Shown: positions 41,101 to 50,885 of the stretch, piece after piece
Layout of the letters: each line of letters starts with the position of its first letter
Position numbering within the stretch: the first letter of the stretch is position 1
Assembly (NCBI GenBank): GCA_001567355.1
Contig: JYNZ01000005.1
Location: 3,981 to 67,980, forward strand
Length of the DNA: 64,000 nucleotides
Reading direction: 5' to 3'
DNA from: a candidate division WS6 bacterium OLB20
GTDB taxonomy: Bacteria > Patescibacteriota > Dojkabacteria > B142 > OLB20
The notes under the pieces: model-generated
What the model was told of the DNA's origin: nothing
What the model saw: the letters and a program-made list of their open reading frames with translations, nothing else
Databases searched by the model: none
Program-made: the position numbers and the translations under genes

Positions 41101-44100
41101 GGCGGCAAATACGGTAATGCAATGCTGTTTGACGGCACGGATGATTACATGCGCAGGACATCACCGTCAAATATTCCGACAGGCGCGAGCCCGCGCACCG
41201 TTTCAGCCTGGGTACATCTTAATGCTCTTGGCACAAAACAGGCTATCTTTCAATACGGACCGATCGGGGTCACCCGCAATACGCTGCTTTTGAATATCAG
41301 CGCTGCAAATGTTCCGGAGTTTACTTCATGGGCTGACGGCGCGACATCATCCACTGCTCTCTCAACCGGTGTCTGGTATCATCTCGTTGGCACCTACGAT
41401 GGTGACCTGACGATGAAGATCTACATCAACGGTGAGCTTGATACCACGCATACGCTTGGCGGTCAGTTGATCTCCACGGTTGATGCAACAGGTATTAATA
41501 TGGGTGCCTGGCAGGCCGGGATACTTGATGACCTCAACGGCAGACTTGATGATGTCAGGCTCTACGACCGCGAACTCAGCGAGGTTGAGGTACAGGAGTT
41601 GTATGGTTACCGTCCCGAGATGCTTGCCCACTGGAAATTTGACGAGAAGTCAGGGACAACCGCATACGACAGTACGATCAATGCCAGAAACGGCACACTT
41701 ACAAACATGCAGAGTCCGGGCTGGATAAACGGCCGGGTCGGAGGAGCACTGGAGTTTGACGGGACAAACGATTTTGTATCGGTCGGTACTCAACAGGCGT
41801 TTGCCTTTCCGCTGAGTTCATCCTTCAGCGTTTCAGCATGGATAAACCCCGCGCTTGATTCGTCCGATGACGTGATCATCGGCAATGCCTGGGATGAGGC
41901 CGGCTGGCATATGCGGGTAACCTCAGCAAACAGAGTGCGATTTATTGTGCTTACGAACGGCAGCAATAACACCTACTCTGATACAGCTGTCCTGTCTGCA
42001 GGCTGGAACCATGTTACTGCCATCTGGAACGGAAGCACTGTGAAAACGTATCTCAACGGAGTTGAAAGCAGCAGTGTTGTGAGTAACGGAACAGTGTCCA
42101 CCATTACTCCTGCAAATCCGCTGCTGATCGGAAATGATATTGCTGACCAGTCACACTACTTTAACGGTACAATTGACGATGTCAGGATCTGGAACTACCA
42201 GCTGACAGATTCAGAGGTCTACAAGGTCTTTCAGGGCGATTCACAAAGCAGCTCACAGTCAGGATTATATGAACGAACAGTTACGCTTTCATCAGCAACC
42301 CCGCTCGACAACTATCAGGTGCGTATTGCCCTGACAGGCTTTGACTACAACAAGGTACAGGCAAACGGCGAGGACATCCGATTCTACGCGGGAGGTAATC
42401 AACTGGATTACTGGATCGAGACATGGAACACTTCCGGAACATCAGTGATCTGGGTCGAGGTACCCTATGCAGGGACCAACGCACTGTCAATGCAGTATGG
42501 TGATGCCTCTGCAGTAGCGGGATCTGACGGCGCAGCAACGTTTATCTTTTTCACTGACCTCTCCAGTGATCCGGGTCTTACCGGTACTAACAGTGCCAAC
42601 GGATACGCAAATTACGATTCGGCAAATGATGATATTGTCTATTACTTCAGACGTGATACCTCATCACTGGTTAACCGCTATTTCGATCTGGGTATGACTA
42701 CCGATCCCACAAACATTGCAATTGATTTCCGCTGGCGCAGAACGTCGCAGCAGCTAAATCAGTTTGGCGACGCATTCGGTTTCATTGGTATATCAAAAGT
42801 CACAGTACCCGGGACAATCATGGGATACAATTACATCAACGATACCGATAGTGCACCAAACGCATTCTTCAGAGGCGCGTATAATGGAATTGCCGGCGGA
42901 TCCGGTATCAGCTCAAATACTACGACCTATCAGGTTTCAAGCGGAATTGACGGCACCGATGCTGAGATGACAGCCTGGCAGAACGGATCTCAGGTCATCA
43001 ATTCTCCCCGTACGATTACCTCTGATGCCGGGGGCTACTCGCGCTTTAATATCTACCGGCAAAACTATGGTAATGCACAGGACTTTAACAACCACGTCGC
43101 CCGTATTGATGACATCCGGATCAGAAAGTTTTCCGCCTCAGTTGAGCCACTGACAACAACCGTTCAGGCAGAAGGGATTGCCCTCTCCTCTGTCAACGTT
43201 ACTGCAGAGCAGACGTCATCCCCGTCTCTGATGCTCAATCTCGACAGCAAGTCCGGAACAACTGCAACAGACAGTGGAACGCTCGGAACAAACGGCACGC
43301 TTACCAATATGGATGACAGCAACTGGGTACGCGGCCGTTTCGGAAGTGCTGTAAACCTTAATGGTACAGATGAATTTATCAGCGTTGCTAACTCAACAGC
43401 ACTGAATTCAACTGATTTCTCTGTTTCCGCCTGGATCAGGACCACCAGCTCAGGTGTCTCCAGAGTGCTGACCAAGGAAGGCAACACAAACGGTCAGCAG
43501 CGTTATTCACTCGGCACCAACGTATCAGTTGCAGGGCGTGCCGATGTCAGTTTCTACGGTACCTCAGTAAACACAGCTCAAAGTACATCTACAGTAAATG
43601 ACGGTGAGTGGCATCACATCCTGGGCACATTCAGTGACACAAACAATCGCCTGCGTATCTACGTTGACGGAGTTCTTGAAGCGACGACAACCACTACGCA
43701 GACGCCGGTTGCAAGCAGCAATCCGCTTGAGATCGGCAGGTTTGACAGTGCTGCAGGTCAGTACTTTAACGGCAGCGTCGATCAGGTCAGGTACTGGGAA
43801 CGAGAACTGAGTCCGCGAGAGGCAGCAATAGAATTCGACGGTGGCAAGCCTGTTGCATGGTATAAATTTGATGAGATCGAAGGCAACACTGCATATGACC
43901 ACTCCGGAAACCAACTGCACGGCACACTCTCTAATATGAGTCCATCCACAGACTGGATAAACGGTAAAATAAACGGAGCTCTTGATTTCGATGGCTCAAA
44001 TGATGGTGTCGACCTGCCGGAAAACTCTATACTGAACTTCGGATTCAATGATGAGGTTACCGTTTCCGCCTGGGTAAAACCTACAGTACTCGGTGATGAT

Positions 44101-44514
44101 TACATATTCAGTCAGCAGAGATGTAACGGGGGTGCCATACAGCTCTATATCACCTCGCTTGGTGCAGCGATATTCAGAGTGCAAGACACTTCCAGTAACC
44201 AGACATTTGCGATATCGGACAACAGCCTGATTCAAACAGGAAGCTGGAATCATATCGTTGGCACGCGGGATAAGGAGACAGATTCTCTCCGGCTGTATGT
44301 AAATGGCAATCTAGTTGAAGATCTGGTGGATAACACCCTCACAACAATAACAAATGCTTCAACAGAGAACTGGGTCGGAAGAAGGTACCCGTGTGCTCTG
44401 ACTGATAACATTAATGCAACGATTGATGAGGTGAAGATCTGGCGCTATGCTCTCATACAAGAGGATGTCAGCAGAGAGTATACTGCAAACGGTGCAGCGC
44501 TCAGGATTGAGTAG
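38093..44514 (+). CDS. giant secreted surface protein C (paralog of A/B; ~2,140 aa if the frameshift at the T8 run 39608-39615 is corrected), with three DUF2341-like modules
   Basis: The start ATG at 38093 overlaps the gene B stop (ATGAATAG). ORFs 38078..39796 and 39700..44514 overlap at the T8 run. A third DUF2341-like module lies about 42250-42560 (...QVRIALTGFDYNKVQANGEDIRFYAGGNQLDYWIETWNTSGTSVIWVEVPYAGTNALSMQYGD). C-terminal tail SREYTANGAALRIE. Confidence 0.7.
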
Positions 44515-44621
44515 TGGTCCAGTACGATGGTCTTACAGACCCTGTGGAGTATTCGTTTGCATCTCCTTCTGCTTTCTGTTACAAATTTAGCTGTAGACGC
44601 TACTTGCGTTTGCATGGGTTA

Positions 44622-44653
44622 GAAAAGACGGTTTCGGCCGTCTTTTCTTTTTT
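44622..44653 (+). terminator. rho-independent terminator after the giant gene array
   Basis: Hairpin GAAAAGACGG-TTTCGG-CCGTCTTTTC followed by TTTTTT, located about 110 nt after the gene C stop. Confidence 0.65.
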
Positions 44654-44678
44654 AATGCTCGGTTATACTGTAGTGCAG

Positions 44679-45608
44679 ATGCAAAATGTTCCGACCACAG
44701 TAGTCACCGGTACGCTCGGTGCAGGTAAAACAACAATCATTATAAATCTGATCAGGCAGCTGCCCGCTGACTACTCCACTGTATGGCTGAAAAACGAATA
44801 CGGTGATGTCAATATTGATTCCGAACTGGCAGCGGCCAGTAACATTCAGACCAAAGAGATACTCAATGGCTGTCTGTGCTGCGTACTTGTGGGCAAGCTC
44901 CATGATGCACTTGAGGAAATCATGCGTACCCTCAAACCTGACCGGCTGATCATCGAGACTGCCGGAACAGCATACCCGTACCCTGTTATTCAGCAGATCC
45001 AGCGCACCGGGGGACTTGAGCTGGACGGGCTGATTGCAGTCGTAGACGCAGTAAATTATGAAGCATTCAGAGACAACAGTATGATGGCCAAACAGCAGGC
45101 ACGGTTTGTAGATCTGGTTATACTGAACAAAACCGGACTCGTAAACGAAAAGCAGCTGGAGAAAGCCCTCGACTTTGTCCACGATCAGTATCCAGGTGTA
45201 CCTAAGCTCAAAACTGCTGACGGAAAGATTCATAAAGATGCTCTGATCGGTCTTGATGCAAGACTTGTCTATCATCCGGAGGATCACGATGACCCCCATG
45301 AACATCACGACCACCATGGCGATCACGCTGACACGGTTGAAGCATTCGGGTTTATCGATAAAAACCGCACCTATTCACAGAAGAACATTGATGAGATGCT
45401 GAAAACCATCGAACACTGGGGTTTTGTTCGTATTAAAGGCATTATTAATACAGAGAAGGGACCCAGGCTGCTGAACGTCGTTTTTGAACGAATCACCTGG
45501 GAGGACATCCCACACTATTCCGGTCCGACCCGCATCACGTTTATGGGTAAGCAGATCAACAGACTACAAGATAAGGTACAGAACCTGTTTGCAGCCTGCG
45601 CAGACTGA
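44679..45608 (+). CDS. COG0523-family GTPase / zinc metallochaperone (CobW/ZigA/YeiR-like)
   Basis: Walker A GTLGAGKTT, metal-binding GCLCC motif, and a His-rich C-terminal tract HPEDHDDPHEHHDHHGDHAD. The ATG at 44679 is preferred over the ORF tool start at 44514 because a TATACT -10 sits at about 44663 and the upstream part overlaps a terminator. Confidence 0.75.
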   Translation: MQNVPTTVVTGTLGAGKTTIIINLIRQLPADYSTVWLKNEYGDVNIDSELAAASNIQTKEILNGCLCCVLVGKLHDALEEIMRTLKPDRLIIETAGTAYPYPVIQQIQRTGGLELDGLIAVVDAVNYEAFRDNSMMAKQQARFVDLVILNKTGLVNEKQLEKALDFVHDQYPGVPKLKTADGKIHKDALIGLDARLVYHPEDHDDPHEHHDHHGDHADTVEAFGFIDKNRTYSQKNIDEMLKTIEHWGFVRIKGIINTEKGPRLLNVVFERITWEDIPHYSGPTRITFMGKQINRLQDKVQNLFAACAD

Positions 45609-46595
45609 CTATCTCCCGGCAAACGCCTGCAGCAGAGTCTCTACGTTGTAGCGGTACATATCCTGATACGCCATCCGTTCGCTTGTCCCGCCTAATGGGT
45701 CCAGCGTATAGACAGATGCACCATAATCATCTGCAAGCGGCTGAATAACCGCATCCGAGAGCTGTGGTTCCTTAAACAGAACAGTGACATTATTCTCCGT
45801 TATCTGTTCACCAACCGACTGCAGATAGGCTGCTGACGGCTCTCTACCAGGAAATTCCTCAATTGATGCGACTATCTCAATTCCTGTTTCATCGGCAAAG
45901 TAGGAGAAGGCATCATGAAACGTGATGATCTCCGGATCAGATACCTGCGAAAACCGTGTTGCTGCATCATCTCGCAGCGCCAGCAACTCAGTACGCAGTC
46001 TGTCCAGGTTTGCATCAAATACCTCACTGTGCTCCGGAGCCAGCTTTTTCAGTTCTTCGGTGATTGTTTCTGCCATCAGCACTGCATTGCCTGCTGACAT
46101 CCAGTAGTGCGGATCTGTGCCGGTGTGTTCTTCATGCTCTTCACCGGTCTCTTCCTCATGCTCTTCACCTTCGGTGTGACTAGCCTCTTCCTCGTGCTCT
46201 TCACCTTCGTGTCCGTGTTCATCATCATAATCAAGCAGCTCGATAGTACGATCAAGCGTGACTATTCTCTCCTGTTCAACAAATTCTCCACTGACCCAGT
46301 CATCAATGCCATGACCGATGACAAAGACCAGAGCGGACTGCTCAAGGTTTTCCCTGTCCGATACCTTCAGCGAATATGTGTGCGGACTCGCACCTGCAGG
46401 CAGTATTTGTACAACTTCTATATGATCTCCGGCAATCTGACGGGTAAGACTTGCAACAGGAGGGATTGACGCAGCCACAGTCTCCTTTGATACATGTACC
46501 GGTGACCCCGTAAGAAGGACAGCAACACCGGCTGCTATGAGAATGAATGCGACAACAACTGGGAATAGTTTTTTCATGTATCTATCAATAAACAA
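45609..46595 (-). CDS. znuA: zinc ABC transporter substrate-binding protein (ZnuA/TroA family) with His/Glu-rich loop
   Basis: Signal peptide, cluster-9 SBP-like length (328 aa), and a flexible metal-binding loop HGHEGEEHEEEASHTEGEEHEEETGEEHEEHTGTDPHY typical of ZnuA. Convergent and abutting the COG0523 gene. Confidence 0.7.
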   Translation of the reverse strand: MFIDRYMKKLFPVVVAFILIAAGVAVLLTGSPVHVSKETVAASIPPVASLTRQIAGDHIEVVQILPAGASPHTYSLKVSDRENLEQSALVFVIGHGIDDWVSGEFVEQERIVTLDRTIELLDYDDEHGHEGEEHEEEASHTEGEEHEEETGEEHEEHTGTDPHYWMSAGNAVLMAETITEELKKLAPEHSEVFDANLDRLRTELLALRDDAATRFSQVSDPEIITFHDAFSYFADETGIEIVASIEEFPGREPSAAYLQSVGEQITENNVTVLFKEPQLSDAVIQPLADDYGASVYTLDPLGGTSERMAYQDMYRYNVETLLQAFAGR

Positions 46596-46642
46596 TATCC
46601 GGATGGTAACAGGTTACGGCCTTTTTTGCAAACGATTTGCAA

Positions 46643-47389
46643 TTACATTAAGAGATTCTTAACCGCAGCGGACGGAACAGGCTCTGACCTGCCAACATCC
46701 GTATGCTCTCCAGCCTTTCCAAGTGGAGTGTCCGAACTGATCTTGCCGATTACATATCCCGTATCCTCTGTTTCTGTCAGAAATGTGTCGTGAACATATT
46801 GGGTCCAGTCCCATTCGGCGATCACTTCGGGCTGACCTGAATCCCTGCAGGCAGCAAGAGCAAACTTCCACATGATTGGCATAAACCGGTGACCGGGCAT
46901 GCTGTCTTCTAATCCCAGCTTTAACAGTTCGTGAGTCATCCGCTCACTGGTGGCAGTCAGTTGTGCCAGGCGGGCATAGTGATTGGCCAGATCAATGCCA
47001 GAAAGGCGCTGCCCCGGCCCTTTCAGGACAAGCTTATTGCCATCGTAAAGGTCCTGCGGCATCCGCAGATCAATTACATACGTATCTATCCAGGGCAGGT
47101 AGCAGGTGTCATCCATGGCGAGAATAACATCAAAACCGAGACCTGCAAGTCCTTGCTGTGCTTTGGCTGCTTTAGCTCTGGCTCGCTCCTGCATTGTTGT
47201 ATAGGTACGTTCCTCCTGATCCGTGATAGCGGTAGCTGCAGCAAGTGAACTGTCCAGCATGAAGGGCGCAACGAGATCCGGCTTGTTGTCCCCGAACCAG
47301 CGGGCCACTCTGTCGAACTTATCCCTGTTTCCTGTAGCAACAAATATTTTCATCAGCCGTTGTCTAAAAGGTATATCCGACTCTAACAA
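46643..47389 (-). CDS. hypothetical protein with Ham1/ITPase-like N-terminal region (MKIFVATGNRDK...AMDDTC...)
   Basis: 248 aa. The N-terminus resembles the non-canonical purine NTP pyrophosphatase signature (LATGNxGK ... DDSGL); the C-terminal ~80 aa are unassigned. Weak, motif-level only. Confidence 0.35.
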   Translation of the reverse strand: MLESDIPFRQRLMKIFVATGNRDKFDRVARWFGDNKPDLVAPFMLDSSLAAATAITDQEERTYTTMQERARAKAAKAQQGLAGLGFDVILAMDDTCYLPWIDTYVIDLRMPQDLYDGNKLVLKGPGQRLSGIDLANHYARLAQLTATSERMTHELLKLGLEDSMPGHRFMPIMWKFALAACRDSGQPEVIAEWDWTQYVHDTFLTETEDTGYVIGKISSDTPLGKAGEHTDVGRSEPVPSAAVKNLLM

Positions 47390-47409
47390 AACAGCATCTA
47401 TGATACTAT

Positions 47410-48063
47410 GTGCATATTACACATTTAATACAGATGAAAGTATTCTTCGGGTGCACAGCTGCCCAGATTCAGGATTACAAGGATTATTATCTTGGTATAC
47501 GGGACTGCCTTATCAGTGAGGGCCATATTCTTACTCGTGACTGGCTTCCGCATGCATGGGAGCGCTACCAGAAGCAGGGAGAGCTGCGCAACTTTGAACC
47601 CAGACAGATGTTTCGGGCAGTGAAGCAGGCACTGATTGATGCAGAAGCGGTGATTATCGAGGATACGGTCTCAAATTTCAGCACCGGATATGAGATAACA
47701 TTTGCCCTGCAGCAGAATAAACCGGTACTTGTACTCTGGCTGGAAGAAAAATACCATCCGTTTGAACGTACATTTCTGCATGGAGTCGAAGCCGACAACC
47801 TTGAGATCGCGGTCTACAATGCTGATACTTATGCGTCAATCATCCGCCGCTTTCTTAATAAATACGAGAACGCAAGCGAACGTCACCGGTTTAATCTTGT
47901 GCTTGGTGAAGTTGAGCGTAAGTACATAGACTGGGCGCACTACACAAAGGGCCTCAGCAGAACACATCTGATCCGCACGGCACTTCGCAATCTGATAGAC
48001 AGTGATGAGGAGTACAGTCAGTATCTGGATAATCCCTCAAAGATCAGGCCAGATGCGAGCTGA
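47410..48063 (+). CDS. hypothetical protein: nucleoside 2-deoxyribosyltransferase/LOG-like (SLOG-type Rossmannoid) domain fused to a C-terminal ribbon-helix-helix-like segment
   Basis: MKVFFG...AEAVIIEDTVSNFSTGYEITFALQQNKPVLVLW matches the NDT-like pattern (...D.GT.FE.G.A...KPV..L). The C-terminal SRTHLIRTALRNLIDSDEEY resembles a CopG/Arc RHH strand-helix. Motif-level inference. Confidence 0.4.
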   Translation: MHITHLIQMKVFFGCTAAQIQDYKDYYLGIRDCLISEGHILTRDWLPHAWERYQKQGELRNFEPRQMFRAVKQALIDAEAVIIEDTVSNFSTGYEITFALQQNKPVLVLWLEEKYHPFERTFLHGVEADNLEIAVYNADTYASIIRRFLNKYENASERHRFNLVLGEVERKYIDWAHYTKGLSRTHLIRTALRNLIDSDEEYSQYLDNPSKIRPDAS

Positions 48064-49177
48064 GCAGCATATTGGGAGTAACCGGCCGGGTATAGACCCG
48101 TCGTAAGAGAGCCTCTTTATCTTCTGTCTTGCGATACAGATCCGTCATAAAGTTGAATGCGGCAAAATACACATGCGCATAGCGTCCGTAGCGTTTGTCT
48201 GTTGCAAACCCGATTGCCTGATCAAGATCTTCTTCGCGGATATCCATTCCTTCAAGCTCGGTGCGAACCTCTTTTTTATCTCTGCCGTCATCAAAATGCA
48301 GGTATGTCGCGATGTTCTGCACTGCCATGAGCAGTCTGTTGTAGTACCACAAAAGCATTGCCTCCCGTGTGGCCGGGTTGACCTCAAATATCTGATACGC
48401 GCTTTCTGCAATAGCTTCACTGATAAAGGTCTGCGGACTGAATGTGATAACGATCCCATGCTCGCCCCGTTCTTCACGCATCAGCAGATTGTCTTTTAGA
48501 GACAGCTCTGTATGATGCCCGCCGAATCCCTCATGTGCAGCAAGCTGCAACAGGTCCAGATTGGTAAATGAGACGTCTTTATTGAGAATCAGCTCGGATG
48601 TAAATGGTGCCGTATGCTTATTGAACGCACTCCAGGGCTTACGCGAAGTTGTGGATACAGAGAACTTTGCTTCATCAGGAAGTTGGAGAAATGGTGGCAG
48701 TTTTTCCGATGCAGTTGCCAGGTTGTCTGAAAAAATCCGTGTCAGAGAACGTCTGTCTGCCAGATTCTTCTCGATTACCTCATACCGTGTCATGCGCAGC
48801 CTGTTTTCAAGATCAATGATGCGATCATCCAGACGTTTGATGTCAACATCCGACGCGCGTCTGACCATGATTCCGAAGCAGTGCTTGTTAAAGTCTGCAA
48901 AACTGCTTTGCCTGTTTTCCAGAACCTCTGTTATCTGAAAGATAATCGATTTTGCCACTGCGCTCAGATAGGCCTTGCGTTCTTTATCAAGGAGAAGTGT
49001 GATCTCGGAGTTTAGCTCAAACGAGAGTTTGTCGAGATCTATCTCTTTGGGAACGTCAGCCTTGAGTTCTTTTTTCAGTGCGGGGCTGATCCACAGCTCA
49101 GACACCGCACCCGGATCAATACTGTCCAGATACAGTGCAACACTGATAAGTTTTCTGCTTACTTTGTCAATCCTCAT
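48044..49177 (-). CDS. hypothetical protein, possibly DUF1704/QEGLA-like (HEGFGGHH motif)
   Basis: 377 aa, with AAHEGFGGHHTE reminiscent of the QEGLA-motif family or of a degenerate metal site. Low-confidence assignment. Confidence 0.3.
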   Translation of the reverse strand: MRIDKVSRKLISVALYLDSIDPGAVSELWISPALKKELKADVPKEIDLDKLSFELNSEITLLLDKERKAYLSAVAKSIIFQITEVLENRQSSFADFNKHCFGIMVRRASDVDIKRLDDRIIDLENRLRMTRYEVIEKNLADRRSLTRIFSDNLATASEKLPPFLQLPDEAKFSVSTTSRKPWSAFNKHTAPFTSELILNKDVSFTNLDLLQLAAHEGFGGHHTELSLKDNLLMREERGEHGIVITFSPQTFISEAIAESAYQIFEVNPATREAMLLWYYNRLLMAVQNIATYLHFDDGRDKKEVRTELEGMDIREEDLDQAIGFATDKRYGRYAHVYFAAFNFMTDLYRKTEDKEALLRRVYTRPVTPNMLLSSHLA

Positions 49178-49190
49178 CCGTCAGATATCA

Positions 49191-49329
49191 ATAGTGACAT
49201 CAAAGTTTTTCTTCATGCGTTCACGCTCTTCGGGTGTGATCTTTTTTGCATCACGGTTTACTTTGACAACAAATGTGGTCAGGAATGCTACTGCCGCACT
49301 GATGACACCGATAAGTATGATCTGTCCCA
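49191..49329 (-). CDS. small single-TM protein (45 aa, MGQIILIGVISAAVAFLTTFVV...)
   Basis: Short ORF, not in the supplied track (below its size cutoff), that fills the gap between 49177 and 49330. It has one hydrophobic helix followed by a K/E-rich tail. Confidence 0.3.
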
Positions 49330-49575
49330 TCAGTCGAAGTCCTCCTCAGATACAGCAGGGAGCGTGCTGTCGAGATCCTCGACCAGACTGTCAAGCTCAC
49401 TGTCGATGGTATCAAGGTCGCCCTGCTCAAGAATCGGACCGGTTGCCTCTTCTGTAAGTGCTGTCCCCTGATCTACCTCCTGTATGTCAGTAGCAGTAGT
49501 TACCGGTCTGCATGCGCTCAGGCTGGCACCCGCAAGCAACGCGACGGCAATTACAAGCGGCTTGATATTCTTCAT
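49330..49575 (-). CDS. small acidic lipoprotein
   Basis: Lipobox signal MKNIKPLVIAVALLAGASLSAC followed by a D/E-rich segment; start overlaps the upstream gene stop (ATGA). Confidence 0.45.
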   Translation of the reverse strand: MKNIKPLVIAVALLAGASLSACRPVTTATDIQEVDQGTALTEEATGPILEQGDLDTIDSELDSLVEDLDSTLPAVSEEDFD

Positions 49576-50258
49576 TGCTGACCCTCTTCAGAAATAAGCT
49601 GTCTGATTATCGGTATGATCTCAGTATCAACGACCTCGACAGCATCAGCCACGGCATTGCGCGCGACCCTGAAATGTTCGTTTGCTGACATGATTACCTG
49701 TCCCTGATTGAATCCTTCATCTTCACATACCTGATCAAGAGCACTCTGCAGATCTGCAATTCCTAGGTCAATCTCTTCGGAAGCAGTCCGGACATGATCA
49801 CTGTATGTTTCGAGTGCTGTCTGCAGTTGTGATGTATTTACACCCTGTGCTGACAGCTGGTTGATTGTGTTCTGCACGCGCTGTTCAACAACCGCCAGAC
49901 GGCTTTCAATCCTGTTTCCATTTGTAACGAATATCTCCAGCAGACGCTCAATTCTGGTGCTGATCCGTTCACAGCGTGCATTCTGTCTTCCTTCACGCCG
50001 TGCTTCACGTTCGCTGATACGCTGCTCAAGCAGCTCCTGCCGGGTACTCTGTCGTTCCTGGGCACGTTCCAGTCTGACATCAGCACGTTCGTTACGATTA
50101 TCCTGCCGCTGTTCCTGGCGTTCCTGCCGTGTCTGCTCGCGGGTCGGGCGTACAGTCGGATCCGCAGACTCTGCAGACACCGTAACTGGCAGCAGTACCA
50201 TCAAAGTCAGGGTTATCAGAAGTTTACGTACTGTTTTCATTGCGGATTCTGTAACCAC
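49572..50258 (-). CDS. secreted low-complexity coiled-coil protein (R/Q/E-rich)
   Basis: Signal peptide plus a central RQERQEQRQDNRNERADVRLERAQERQ repeats region. Confidence 0.45.
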   Translation of the reverse strand: MVTESAMKTVRKLLITLTLMVLLPVTVSAESADPTVRPTREQTRQERQEQRQDNRNERADVRLERAQERQSTRQELLEQRISEREARREGRQNARCERISTRIERLLEIFVTNGNRIESRLAVVEQRVQNTINQLSAQGVNTSQLQTALETYSDHVRTASEEIDLGIADLQSALDQVCEDEGFNQGQVIMSANEHFRVARNAVADAVEVVDTEIIPIIRQLISEEGQQ

Positions 50259-50313
50259 TAAAGTATAGTTAGATACAGCTTATGTCCTGAAGACAGTAAC
50301 GTCAACTCATACC

Positions 50314-50553
50314 ATGCACAGAATACGCAAGTCAGCACGCAATCTTTCAGTACTCGCATTTGAGCCCGAACGCGGTGTCTGTGCCCTTACAGGCAGACGG
50401 TCCCGAACACTGATAACTGCTTCAGCAGTTATGATCGCAGTTATTACAGTAATTTACGCACTGTCTGAACTGAACGTTGCAGCAGAGTCAATCGGCGTGC
50501 CGGTTGCAGCCCTGTACGGGGCGACAGTCGCAGTCGTAAACACAGGCTCGTAG
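50314..50553 (+). CDS. small hypothetical membrane protein
   Basis: 79-aa ORF with hydrophobic segments; weak. Confidence 0.25.
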   Translation: MHRIRKSARNLSVLAFEPERGVCALTGRRSRTLITASAVMIAVITVIYALSELNVAAESIGVPVAALYGATVAVVNTGS

Positions 50554-50582
50554 CTCTTACACTTCTGGTTCTCTATGGGGGA

Positions 50583-50885
50583 TTGCGCCTGTTGCGCGAG
50601 AAGCTTTCGTTTCGCAGGTTCTTTTCGGTTATGATTGTCATCTCCCTGGCTGCACTCACTTTGGACAGGATTATGTTCCTTGTGCTCGTTCTCCTGCAGG
50701 ACACCGACATCCATCTGTCGACAATCAGGCTTGTCTCTGACCTGACCATACTTGTATTAACGCTCTGGCAGACGCTCTATCTGCGTGCGCTGCTGATGCG
50801 ACTGCTGCGTGGCAAGTCGGAACGGCTGATTACGCTTTCGCTGCTGTATTACTTTATACTGCTGCTGCTGATTAACGGCCGCTAG
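50583..50885 (+). CDS. small hypothetical membrane protein (3 TM)
   Basis: 100-aa ORF with three hydrophobic helices. Confidence 0.35.
   Translation: MRLLREKLSFRRFFSVMIVISLAALTLDRIMFLVLVLLQDTDIHLSTIRLVSDLTILVLTLWQTLYLRALLMRLLRGKSERLITLSLLYYFILLLLINGR

Noticed and set aside
44514-44678. ORF-tool start of the COG0523 gene at 44514, which would give 55 extra N-terminal codons
   Set aside because: That segment contains the rho-independent terminator of the giant gene array and a TATACT -10 element. The conserved GTPase begins immediately after the ATG at 44679.
46596-46650. Classical Zur box (AT-rich GTAATGATAATCATTAC-like) upstream of znuA
   Set aside because: No such AT-rich palindrome is present; only the non-canonical TTGCAAA-CGA-TTTGCAA repeat, which is reported as a finding.
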